Of a DNA stretch of 64,000 nt, positions 1 to 10,570 are shown in pieces. Source of the stretch: Phoronis australis (Eukaryota > Animalia > Phoronida); the NCBI GenBank assembly GCA_002633005.1, contig NMRA01000113.1, forward strand, positions 10,797 through 74,796, written 5' to 3'. The position numbers were made by a program, and so were the translations under genes. The first letter of the stretch is position 1. Every line of letters begins with the position of its first letter. A model generated the notes under the pieces. The model saw only the letters and a list, made by a program, of their open reading frames with translations, made no database searches and was not told the DNA's origin.

Positions 1-1514
1 TCCGAAAACAAAGGGTTTGTGTTACTGTTCATAATGGTGTACCATATCATAGCACAGGTAAGGAGCAAGATAGCAAAAAGAATCAAGAACTTCGCCAAGA
101 TGGAGACCATATTTTGGAAGACAATGACGTAATAGCCTATAAATGGCAAGGGCTGAAGAAAGTAAAAGAAAGACCAAACAGCACAAAGCAGGGCACTGAA
201 GACTGCGAAATAGAGAAAAGGGGAACTGCAAAACTTGCTGATCAGTAACATAAAAAAGTTCGTGGTTGCCATTACAAGATGAATCAAATCACATGATACA
301 TAAAATATTTTATCGACGACATAGCGTTTAGAAATTTGGCGTTTCATCACACTGTTGTACTGCCTCCACTGAACACATGTTCTGCATGCAATGATGAGAT
401 AGCCCAGAAGTCGGGCAAACAGGGTGGCGTGCAAGAAGCAGAACAGCCAGACATTTGTACTTTGATAAAGATATTTGTCAAATAATTCAATGAGGCACCC
501 CTTCTCCAAAATTTGGGATTGGTTGCCTAGACCTTCCATCACAATCGATTTGTACGAAGTCATGCAGACAAACACGTACATAAATGTATAGACCAGTCGC
601 CATATCAACCAAACGACAAAAAGTGGTAACGTGCACCTGAATTGCTTGTCCGCCCAGATTCTCAATAAGTTAAACGGCGATTTGTTAAGACTTGTGTTGT
701 CGAGCTGATAGTGTTCAGCGTACAAAAGTAGAGAAAGAGGTGATCTGTGACGTCGTTGAGGATGCATCCCAGAGTATTCTGTAATGTCATATCTGTAGTG
801 AACCTCAAGACCTCGCTGTTCTGTGAGTCTATGGACCCCTTCTGTATTAAATAAGGCTTCAAATATACTGTGACACCCAAGTCGGCAGGCCAGCTCTAAC
901 GGACGGAAATCTTGGCTATTGCCCTCGTGCAGGAGGTTTGTTAACACACTCATCGAGTTAGACGCTTTGTAGAAACTAGAGATGGATGAGTAAATGCTGA
1001 CAAACGCGTCTTCAAATTCCGGATAAATGCTAGAGAACAAGACAAGCATATGAACTACATTATTGCCGTGTTCTTCCTTAATGCCCGTGATTGTGTTGCC
1101 GTTTTCTGAGATCAGTAATGTTACCAAACTTTCGTTCATACTCATTATTGCTAAAACTAATGGGTGGATTAGTCGTGATGGAAAGAGCTGAAGAACAGCG
1201 CTTTGGTCATAGATTTCCTTCACAAAAAATAATGAATTTTTTACAAGGGTTTTGTCTCCCCTAAATACTCCTTTCGTCAACAATTCCTTTTCTGTTTGCT
1301 TTGCCTGTTTCAACATCGACTCTGCTTCTGCCACGTTTCCATGAACGAGAATGAAGAACCACGCCTCGTAATCGGACACGTCCATTGTTTTATTATCATT
1401 CAATACAACTATCTCCATTGCGCAATCTTCGTCGCTTTCTCTATTTCGTTCTCTTCCAGTTGTCAATTCTTGAACATTGTAAACCGTATTACCATCATTG
1501 AATACTCCAAACAT
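1..1514 (-). CDS. TRPV5/6-like ankyrin-repeat 6TM cation channel, paralogue A1 (3' part runs off the window)
   Basis: Colinear with the intact ORF at 21978..23843 at the same offset (22329) at both ends, so no net indel. ATG at 1514 (MFGVFNDGNTVYNVQE). It is missing from the ORF track, consistent with its stop lying outside the window. Confidence 0.85.
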   Translation of the reverse strand, partial: MFGVFNDGNTVYNVQELTTGRERNRESDEDCAMEIVVLNDNKTMDVSDYEAWFFILVHGNVAEAESMLKQAKQTEKELLTKGVFRGDKTLVKNSLFFVKEIYDQSAVLQLFPSRLIHPLVLAIMSMNESLVTLLISENGNTITGIKEEHGNNVVHMLVLFSSIYPEFEDAFVSIYSSISSFYKASNSMSVLTNLLHEGNSQDFRPLELACRLGCHSIFEALFNTEGVHRLTEQRGLEVHYRYDITEYSGMHPQRRHRSPLSLLLYAEHYQLDNTSLNKSPFNLLRIWADKQFRCTLPLFVVWLIWRLVYTFMYVFVCMTSYKSIVMEGLGNQSQILEKGCLIELFDKYLYQSTNVWLFCFLHATLFARLLGYLIIACRTCVQWRQYNSVMKRQISKRYVVDKIFYVSCDLIHLVMATTNFFMLLISKFCSSPFLYFAVFSALLCAVWSFFYFLQPLPFIGYYVIVFQNMVSILAKFLILFAILLLTCAMIWYTIMNSNTNPLFS

Positions 1515-3092
1515 TTTTCTTCTCTGTGCTAGTCGTACAACAGTTGTCTTCCTAACCTGTGGCCACTCTTGCTGAAAGGATAGAATATTTAATTTTTAAA
1601 GTCATAGCAGCTTATTTTTATGCTGGCTGCGCCTTTGTTTTATGTCACACTGTTGATGACACCGTCAATCAATAATGGACATTCACTTCAGCCGTTACCC
1701 AGAGGTATCAGTTACGTTTGTCCTGAGATGCTTGTTTGTTTAACTAATGGATTATAACTCGCTACTCTTTTGCAAACTACCGATTTAATGTTCATGTACT
1801 AAAACATCATTTTTAGGCTCCTCTGGGACGACCGAGGCAAACAATTCTGGAGGTAGTTTGAAGTATTTTTAGAGAGTCGTGAAGTCTGCAAGGCAGGCTA
1901 ACGCTTGATGCCAGAAAATCCACAATTGTCGGAAATGAATGCTGTGCACTTTGAATCATATGATCCATTCCTTAACAAACTGAGAACGTGGTTTGATTGT
2001 GTAGTGCTTTTTATCTCAGTTTTGGATGACATCACTAAAACGGGGTTCCGTATCGTTTAACCTTAAGCAAAACGTTTCGGGGCCAAATTTGGGCTGGGTG
2101 CTCTTTCAAAAGGAAATACGAGGAAGTTATCTTACCACCGTGACACCCAAAAAGCTTTTATGTCAATTAGAATGATTAAACCGGTTGCTTATCCCGTAAA
2201 GTGGCTAGATACCTATACACCGGCCTTCTATCACAAACAAAACTTTTGATTGATTTCACATACTGTTATGAATTTGGTTTCATAGCGTAACTTCATCAGA
2301 TGACTCCAGGAGTTGACATTTTGTTATTGCTTGGTACCTATGGAACGCCAACGTGTACTTTTGAGAACGTATGCATTGCACTCGTTCACGCGAGCATAAT
2401 GCACTCGTAAATCCGGAGGTCGCTGATAGTACACGCTCATGGATATTTCTTTCTCTAACCAGCACACGCTTACCACCTGCCACAGCGCCACCTACATGGT
2501 AATGTATCTTTCATCACACTGCATATGAAAAAGTGTAGCAAACGCTTTGATCTAAGTGGTCAAGTTATGATCGGCATCACACTAGAATTCCAATCGACTT
2601 AAGTTCACCAGGTAAATGTAAGGTAACTATAGGCCTAGCTCGTGCCTATAACGCTGGTATCCAAGTTATGAATCTTCTGCAGGTACCAGAGTAGTGATAA
2701 GAAAACGAAGTGAAACAGAATTCCGATTTGACGCGTACACTGTTACAGCAATGATTGCAATGCACTGGTACGAATGAGTGCAAAGAATGCATTCTCAAAA
2801 AAATCACGTTAGATTGCTATGAAATCCGCCACTGTACCGGCTGAAATCTGTGCTTGATCAGCAATTAACTTCCGGATTCACGTGGATAGCTTTAACGATG
2901 GGTATGCAGGGAAATGCATTCGTACGAACGACTGCAATGCACGGATTCTCAAGAGAACACGTTGACATCACGAAGAGATCAGGCCCTGTAAGTGTTGTCT
3001 TGTCACGGCGAATCATTTCATGCGCCGAGTATATGGTCAGTAGGCCTACTTTGCAGGCCCAGACACCGTTTATCATGTGAATGAGGGACAGG

Positions 3093-3989
3093 TTAAGGGC
3101 GAAGGCAACCTTTTTTCATGTCATTTTTAGCAAACAATAAATAATCCCAGACATATTTTTCAGTTAATTAAAGCTTTTTGTAATTTAAACAATTACTCGT
3201 CTGCTAAGCCTACTCCGGAAGTGACGTTTTGGGAGGCAAGAATTTCGCCCCAGTTTCTCCTCATAGACCGACTGTGAGAGCTGCCGAGTCAGTCATCCGC
3301 TCTACTTCGATTGTGATAAGTTCGAGTCAGTCAACATGCCACACTTTTGCTGCGTGCCGGGATGTACTCACTATCGTCTCACGGACAGGTGAACATCTGT
3401 CCCACAATTGCCCCGGCGAGTGTCCCGCGACACACTCCCACTGGATGGTTACCTGACCACACAAACTGCTTACATCCCGCTGTTTGACTCCCTCGCCACA
3501 CACCTGGCACCTTTTAAATAGCTCCTATATTTTAGACAATTCCGCAATTAACTTATCAATGTTTGGCTCACCGATCTGTTCATTGGACGACGAACTGTCC
3601 TGTTCACTTGGTGTCTAACTTGGCCTGTATTCGCTCCCACTACTCAACATCGCAGCAGGATTGCTTACAGGCTCTGGGTGATAATGAGTACATTCCGGTA
3701 CGCAGCAACAGTGTGGGGTGTTAACTGACTCTTAAAACAAAATCAAACGAAGACCTAACTTATCACAACCGAGGTAAAACAATGACTGACTCGACAGCTC
3801 TCGCAGTCGGACTATATGAAAAGAAATTGGCGCGAAAATTCTTGCCTCCCAAAACGTCACTTCCGTATTAGAGGACGAATTATTAATTCAATTGCGAAAA
3901 GCTGTTATTAAGTGAAAATATGTCTGGGATAATCAAGGAATCTTATTTTTGCTAAAAATGACATGAAAGAAGGTTGTCTTCTCCTTTAA
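3093..3989. mobile_element. Non-autonomous Kolobok/T2-type DNA transposon with TTAA target site and long TIRs
   Basis: TTAA at 3093-3096 and 3986-3989. Ends read ttaagggcgaaggcaaccttttttcatgtcatttttagcaaa and tttgctaaaaatgacatgaaagaaggttgtcttctcctttaa. Imperfect inverted symmetry extends about 280 bp inward. THAP-like start MPHFCCVPGC at 3336. Confidence 0.72.
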
Positions 3990-4790
3990 GACCAATTGCG
4001 GTAAGTGTTCTCAATCAAAAGTTTGCATCTTGGACGGAACGCGGCTTTATAGCATTTTGAAATTAAGTGAGAAAAACCGTGAGTGAGAATAAAGCCTGCA
4101 GCTTATCAATTATTTTTATTTAATGGATTAAGACACCCTTTGCAATCTGTGGGCGTGCAAGTTTATTATCAAACCTCTATAGAGTAATTAAGCCCATTAA
4201 CAATGTTTTCCACAAGAGACACGACAAATACATCTCCCGCATTCTACTGATGACGTCAGAGTAGCTCAGTTTCGTTCCTCGAGCAGAGAAGCCCATGCTA
4301 ACAGAAATCGAACCAAAGAGCCACTGCAATACTCTCGATCTGGGTTCGTTGTTGACAGTAAAAGCGAGGGATCGACTGGGAGAAACATTACAATGGAGGG
4401 CGGACGAACGGGCAGAGATGACGGCAATGCGCTACCACGTCGGCGCATAGCAACATTGAAATCAACCTTTCGTTCTTTCACGGTCTTCCCACATGAGCCT
4501 AAAAATCGATGTTTAAGCACTACAACATTTGACTGGTATTTAGTCAAGGAGTAGCGAGATATAATCCATTAGTTAAACAAACAAGCATCCAATGACATGA
4601 ATTCTGAAGTGAAACGTAATGAAAGTCCTCTGGGTAACTGCAAAAAAAACACCTTTATCATTAGATTGTAACATATAATCAAACAAAGGCGTACGCAGCA
4701 CAAACAGAAGTAAAACACTCTCTCAATTCTGACAGCCAGGGCAGCCACAGCTTAGGAAGACAACTGTTGTACGACCGCACAGAAGAGAAA

Positions 4791-6668
4791 ATGTTTGGAT
4801 TATTCAATGATGGTAACACGGTTTACAATGTTCAAGAATTGACAACCGAAAGAGAACGAAATGGAGAAAGCGACGAAGATTGCGCAATGGAGATAGTTGT
4901 ATTGAATGATAATAAAACAATGGACGTGTCCGATTACGAGGCGTGGTTCTTCATTCTCGTTCATGGAAACGTGGCAGAAGCAGAGTCGATGTTAAAACAG
5001 GCAAATCAAACAGAGAAAGAGCTGTTGACGAAAGGAGTATTTAGGGGAGACAAAACCCTTGTTAAAAATTCATTATTTTTTGTGCAGGAAATCTATGACC
5101 AAAGCGCTGTTCTTCAGCTCTTTCCGTCACGACTAATCCACCCATTAGTTTTAGCAATGATGAGTATGAACGAAAGTTTGGTAACATTACTGATCTCAGA
5201 AAACGGCAACACAATCACGGGCATTAAGGAAGAACACGGTAATAATGTAGTTCATATGCTTGTCTTGTTCTCTAGCATTTATCCGGAATTTGAAGACGCA
5301 TTTGTCAGCATTTACTCATCCATCTCCAGTTTCTACAAAGCGTCTAATTCGATGAGTGTGTTAACAAACCTCCTGCACGAGGGTAATAGCCAAGATTTCC
5401 GCCCGTTAGAGCTAGCCTGCCGACTTGGGTGTCACGGTATATTTGAAGCCTTATTTAACACAGAAGGGGTCCATAGACTAACAGAACAGCGAGGTCTTGA
5501 GGTTCACTACAGATATGACATCACAGAATACTCTGGGATGCATCCTCAACGACGTCACAGATCACCTCTTTCTCTACTTTTGTACGCTGAGCACGATCAG
5601 CTCGACAACTCAAGCCTTAACAAATCGCCGTTTAACTTATTGAGAATCTGGGCGGACAAGCAATTCAGGTGCACGTTACCACTTTTTGTCGCTTGGTGGA
5701 TATGGCGACTGGTCTATACCTCTATGTACGTGTTTGTCTGCATGACTTCGTACAAATCGATTGTGATGGAAGGTCTAGGCAACCAATCCCAAATTTCGGA
5801 GAAGGGGTGCCTCATTGAATTGTTTACCAGGCATTCTCATCAAAGTAAAAATGTCTGGATGTATAGCTTCTTGCACGCCACACTGTTTGCCCGACTTCTG
5901 GGCTATCTCGTCATTGCATGCAGAACATGTGCTCAGTGGAGGCAGTACAACGGTGTGATGAAAAGTCAATTTTCTAAGCGCTATGTTGTTGACAAAGTAT
6001 TTTTTGTAGTATGTGATTTGATTCACCTTGCCATGGCGACCACGAACTTATTTATGTTACTGATCGCCAAATACTGCAGCTCATCTTTTCTCTATTTCGC
6101 AGTCTTCACTGCCTTGCTTTGTGCTGTTTGGTCCTTCTTTTACTTTCTTCAGCCCTTGCCATTTATAGGCTATTACGTCATTGTCTTCCAAAATATGGTC
6201 TCCATCTTGGCAAAGTTTTTGATTCTTTTTGCTATCTTGCTCCTTACCTGTGCTATGATATGGTACACCATCATTAACAGTAACACAAACCCTTTGTTTT
6301 CGAACCCTCTTCAAAGCGTAATTGCTTCCTTTAACGTCATGCTGAACACAGTTCATTTGAACTATGGACCAAAAGATAGCTTGGCGGTAGCGTCTTTTCA
6401 CTTTTTGTATATTATGGTGATGGTAGTATTAATGCTTAACTTCATAATTGCTTTAATGTCAGACAGTGCTGCTCGGATGACCAAGCAGAAAACTGTTCTT
6501 ATGAAACTGCACAAAATTGAGATGTCCAACGACATAGAATATAATGTAGGCACTATCCCAGTGTTTGAACAATGGTACCGAAAGCACGCATTGAAACACT
6601 TTCATCACGTTAATGGAAAAACATACTTCTCAATAACAAAAATCATCAATAAGGAAACTTGTTACTAA
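4791..6668 (+). CDS. TRPV5/6-like cation channel, paralogue B1, intronless CDS (~625 aa)
   Basis: First ATG at 4791; the ORF track starts at an upstream TTG. Ankyrin-like motifs HPLVLA, GNNVVHMLV and NSQDFRPLELACRLG (compare TRPV6 GNTVLHIL and NHQGLTPFKLA). Linker YDITEY (compare LYDLTEID). About six hydrophobic segments, with S6 LMLNFIIALMSDS (compare LMLNLLIAMMGDT). Confidence 0.88.
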   Translation: MFGLFNDGNTVYNVQELTTERERNGESDEDCAMEIVVLNDNKTMDVSDYEAWFFILVHGNVAEAESMLKQANQTEKELLTKGVFRGDKTLVKNSLFFVQEIYDQSAVLQLFPSRLIHPLVLAMMSMNESLVTLLISENGNTITGIKEEHGNNVVHMLVLFSSIYPEFEDAFVSIYSSISSFYKASNSMSVLTNLLHEGNSQDFRPLELACRLGCHGIFEALFNTEGVHRLTEQRGLEVHYRYDITEYSGMHPQRRHRSPLSLLLYAEHDQLDNSSLNKSPFNLLRIWADKQFRCTLPLFVAWWIWRLVYTSMYVFVCMTSYKSIVMEGLGNQSQISEKGCLIELFTRHSHQSKNVWMYSFLHATLFARLLGYLVIACRTCAQWRQYNGVMKSQFSKRYVVDKVFFVVCDLIHLAMATTNLFMLLIAKYCSSSFLYFAVFTALLCAVWSFFYFLQPLPFIGYYVIVFQNMVSILAKFLILFAILLLTCAMIWYTIINSNTNPLFSNPLQSVIASFNVMLNTVHLNYGPKDSLAVASFHFLYIMVMVVLMLNFIIALMSDSAARMTKQKTVLMKLHKIEMSNDIEYNVGTIPVFEQWYRKHALKHFHHVNGKTYFSITKIINKETCY

Positions 6669-9600
6669 GTGTATACGACGAATGCATGATGTAAGTACGA
6701 ACAATTCTTGAGGGCCAATTCTCTCAACCCAGCGACTGCGTTCTGTATTAGCCACTCTGTCTAGTCTAATTTGATATTTCCCAATCATCAAACTTTGGTA
6801 TTCGTTACCTGCAATTTCCGAAGCCAGCGACTGTGTTCTGTCTTGTCTATTTATTTCCCAATCATCACACTTTGGTATTCGTTACCTGCAATTCCCGAAG
6901 CCAGCGACTGTGTTCAAATTCATTAAGCTAATATCAACAATGCTAATGAACAACTTGCTAACCTTTGTAAATATGTTTCCTCAGCTTTTCAACTTCGTGA
7001 GAACTTGTCACGCGCTTTTAAAACTTATGTAAATGCTGTTTTGTGCGATGGGCCTTTGGTCATCCTTAGAGAAATAAAACTGAATAATTGATACTTTGCT
7101 AGGTACTGCGTGGTATTTGGATCAGCGGCACAACGTTTGACTACTACTTCCGATGGGCACGGAGACTGATAGTGCCCGTAAGTGTTTCACAAGGAAGGCA
7201 TTACTGTCTTGTTTCACAGAGAACAAACATATGACAAGATTTTGCGCAGTTATACAGCCCGCTATGTCCAAAGTCTTCTGAAAACCTAGACGCGTTTACA
7301 CTGCCTATTGAACCTGTCGATTGTACAGGTCCGTAGCCAGCCCTGCGCGGGGGATGGCTCCAATTTCTAAAACGGTGGACCTTTTGATGATATTTCGCAA
7401 ACGTCGACACTAGATTTTTCGGTAGCGCCCTTAGGCAGCTAAACTCCGCTGATGGGAAATCCGTGTACACGACGATGACTCTCGGCTCTATTTTCCTGAG
7501 AGGAGACCAAGGGCATTCGTAATCACAAAAATGAGTATATCTTACGACAGTTACTCGTAAAAGACGGCCCTGAAACGCTGTAAAATGTAACCATTTCGTA
7601 AAATGTAACAACTATTTTACGTCATTGTTACATATTACGTTGCTAGGCCTCTCCTAAAATGTAACAAGTTGTTACATTTTATATCATTGTTACATTTTAC
7701 GTCGAATACACATGCGAGAAATGTACCATTATTACATTTTACGAAAGCGACGTCATATTTCATGAGTTTGCATGGTATTTGCCACACAGATGAAAACGGT
7801 TTACGCACTTAATGTTTTTTTTTTCTCGAATTGCTTGAATGAAATTCTGTCAAATGTGTCAGCTCGAATTTATAGATGTGTCCCTATGTGCTTTCCATTT
7901 TTTGTTTTCTTTTATTTTTTTAACATGAATAGTTTCTTAGTATCGTCAAAGATGTACCCCGTGCAGTTCAACTCCAGACGAAAGGAGTTTCCAGGATCGG
8001 GTAACAAGTTTGGTATTGTTAAAGTGTTCTTGCAGTCTTTTGTTGGCGCTCACAGGTCATAAACCAATCCGGCATTGCAGTAAACACACTCCCCTTGGTA
8101 AAGCACAGCAGAAAAACTGACATGGTATTTTGGCTAATATTTATCGTGTTTTTTCACAAAGAATTCAATTTTGGAGGCCAATTTGATAGAAAAATTAACC
8201 GTTTTAGTCTTATTAGTTATATCACGAACAATACCTTGCTTTCCGATAGTACAGAGTTAATCCATTTTTGAATTTTTGAAGTTGGAGCAAATCTAAACAA
8301 GATTTTAAATCTCATCCTCCTCGTTTCCAAAACGTAGGCCTACTCTACATCCCCAGCGATCAAGACGTTTCTCACAATATCGATAAGGTTGAACCTAGGA
8401 ACTAACCTTTTTTAAAATCCTTTTGAAACAACACTCGCAGTCCACTATGGGAAGCCCGGTGAAAACATTGAACCATTAATGAGATGATTTTGGCATATAA
8501 AAGCATTCAATAGACCTCATCATCAGTTGAATATGTGCCCGAGAATATACGTCAGAAAAATTCAGCCCACAGTGAAATAAATTTATCATTTCTAACAAAT
8601 CCCAATACTTTTCTCTACTAGTATCTGATGTGAATTAGGCTAACAATCAAATATGTGGAAGATAAATGGGTGATGGCACATTAATGACTTCAGAAAAAGT
8701 GTAGTCGCCGACCACCCAACACGGCGTGTATTCCTATTCCCAACACCATAGGTCACTAACAAAACTTAACGTTGTTTTATATCGCGAAGACAGTTTTTCT
8801 TCATCGTCAAACACTGTGCCATGGAATAGCTTACCAGCCTATCTAATCGTGTCGTCGAACTGTTGGAGTGCACGATGGCTTTACAGTGGTGGTCCCTTGG
8901 TGTTTGAAACGATGAAGGCCAGTTAACGTAAGTGGGTTTGTGAATGGTATCAAAGATTTGAAATTCCTGATCTACTGCTGCTCCTCAGGGATCTTTTTGA
9001 CTGAGTGGCTCCGTAGCAATAACAGAACGAAATATCACCGGAAATACGTCGAAATTATTCTGTTGTTGTACGTATACATATTTGCTTTGTGCTTTTGGAA
9101 CTTCACAACAGTAACCATCGTGGGTGTGGCCTAACTGCCTCTGTCCGATTTATTAGTATCGCCTAGAGTCTTCTTTCAGTGTAAATATTCATCCCAGAGA
9201 GACAGAGCCCACCGAGAAGCCACCATTAATATGAAGCGTATTTTTTGAAATCACAAAAACATGAAAAAGAGCCGAGTGGTTCATGCTGTTTTTTAGCTAA
9301 TGCATAATCTGCACTGCTTGCCGTACCGTTGTGTTGATCTGAACAAAAAAGGACACTGTTGCTATCACTACACGAATTCGCCATTATTCTTGAAAACGAA
9401 GCGTTTTGTCTAATGATTCTTTTTCAACACGCTCGCTTTCACATTAAAATTGATGCTAAAACGAAGTATTGCCTCCTAAACAACAATAATTTTTGCAGCG
9501 CTACCAAAGCGTGCTAGTGAATTATAACATTTCACATACCGTATAATTATGCGCGTAAATTGGCGCATACGCCTATTTGCAAACCAGATATGAGACACAT

Positions 9601-10314
9601 TCTTTATATTTTGAAAACATGCCTGGCTATTTGACTCCAGGAATGTAGCGAAGAATCTTACGACTGATATAGACTCGGAAAATACGCTGTAGACGTAATG
9701 CACAAACACTGCAACTTTTAAAATTTTAAACAATTTGTTTTTTTTCAGTTTCAAACTGTCTGTATGCACTTTTACTGGGGAGTTTATTGTCGTGGTTTAA
9801 GTTAACCAAACATTTTACTTAATTTTCTTCCAACCATAAAACACTAATCAGGTCTGGTTTCCTTCATACTTTAAAAATAAGAAAAGATTAAAATCAAGTG
9901 TGCAACAGTTTGTCACTGGACTGGTCCGTTGCCCGTTACCCTCACTAGTTACAGCAAACTTCACAAGCCAGCCTACCTAAACATGTCATCAAACCAAGTA
10001 GCAAAAATATATTTTGAACTAGCAAGACTGCTTGTTTTTGTCAAGAACACTGCGTTTCTTCATCCACATCATGGCATGCACCTGTGCAAAGGAAACACTT
10101 AACCGAACAATTGTTTTTGAAAAAACGCATTATTTCGGATATTGGCGCATGGTCCTAACTACGCGCACAAACGGTCAGCCCCATAAAAAATAATACCTAA
10201 TATCAATCATTTCATAAAATATTGATGATTGTTTTAAAAAATGTCAACTTATACGAATACCAGGTATCCTCGAGAAATTGGTTAAGCAGAAACTTTCCAG
10301 ACAACTCACAGCAT

Positions 10315-10570
10315 GTGAGTGTATATATGTGTATGTATGTATGTATGTATGTGTATGTAAGTATGTATGTATGTATATATGTGTATGTATGTATGTGTGT
10401 ATGTATGTATGTATGTGTGTATGTATGTATGTATATATGTGTATGTATGTATGTATGTATGTGTATGTATGTGTGTGTGTATGTATGTATGTATGTGTAT
10501 GTATGTGTGTATGTATGTATGTATGTATATATGTGTATGTATGTATATATGTGTATGTATGTATGTATAT
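10315..10570. repeat. (TGTA/TG/TA)n compound microsatellite
   Basis: About 250 bp of tgta-type repeats. The homologous site at about 33277..33316 is only about 40 bp. Confidence 0.97.

Noticed and set aside
4767-4790. TTG starts given by the ORF track for the channel genes (4767, 17655, 26493)
   Set aside because: In a eukaryotic context the first in-frame ATGs (4791, 17649, 26517) are preferred, and for the B copies they match the A2 start.
22-6401. Short ORFs overlapping the TRPV genes in other frames or antisense (and their duplicates at 22272..27752)
   Set aside because: They are shadow ORFs of the long channel frames. Their recurrence reflects DNA duplication, not independent conservation.
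8726-8926. WNSLP motif suggestive of a CR1/L2 LINE 3' end (duplicate at 31288)
   Set aside because: The match is too short and degenerate to delimit as a feature.
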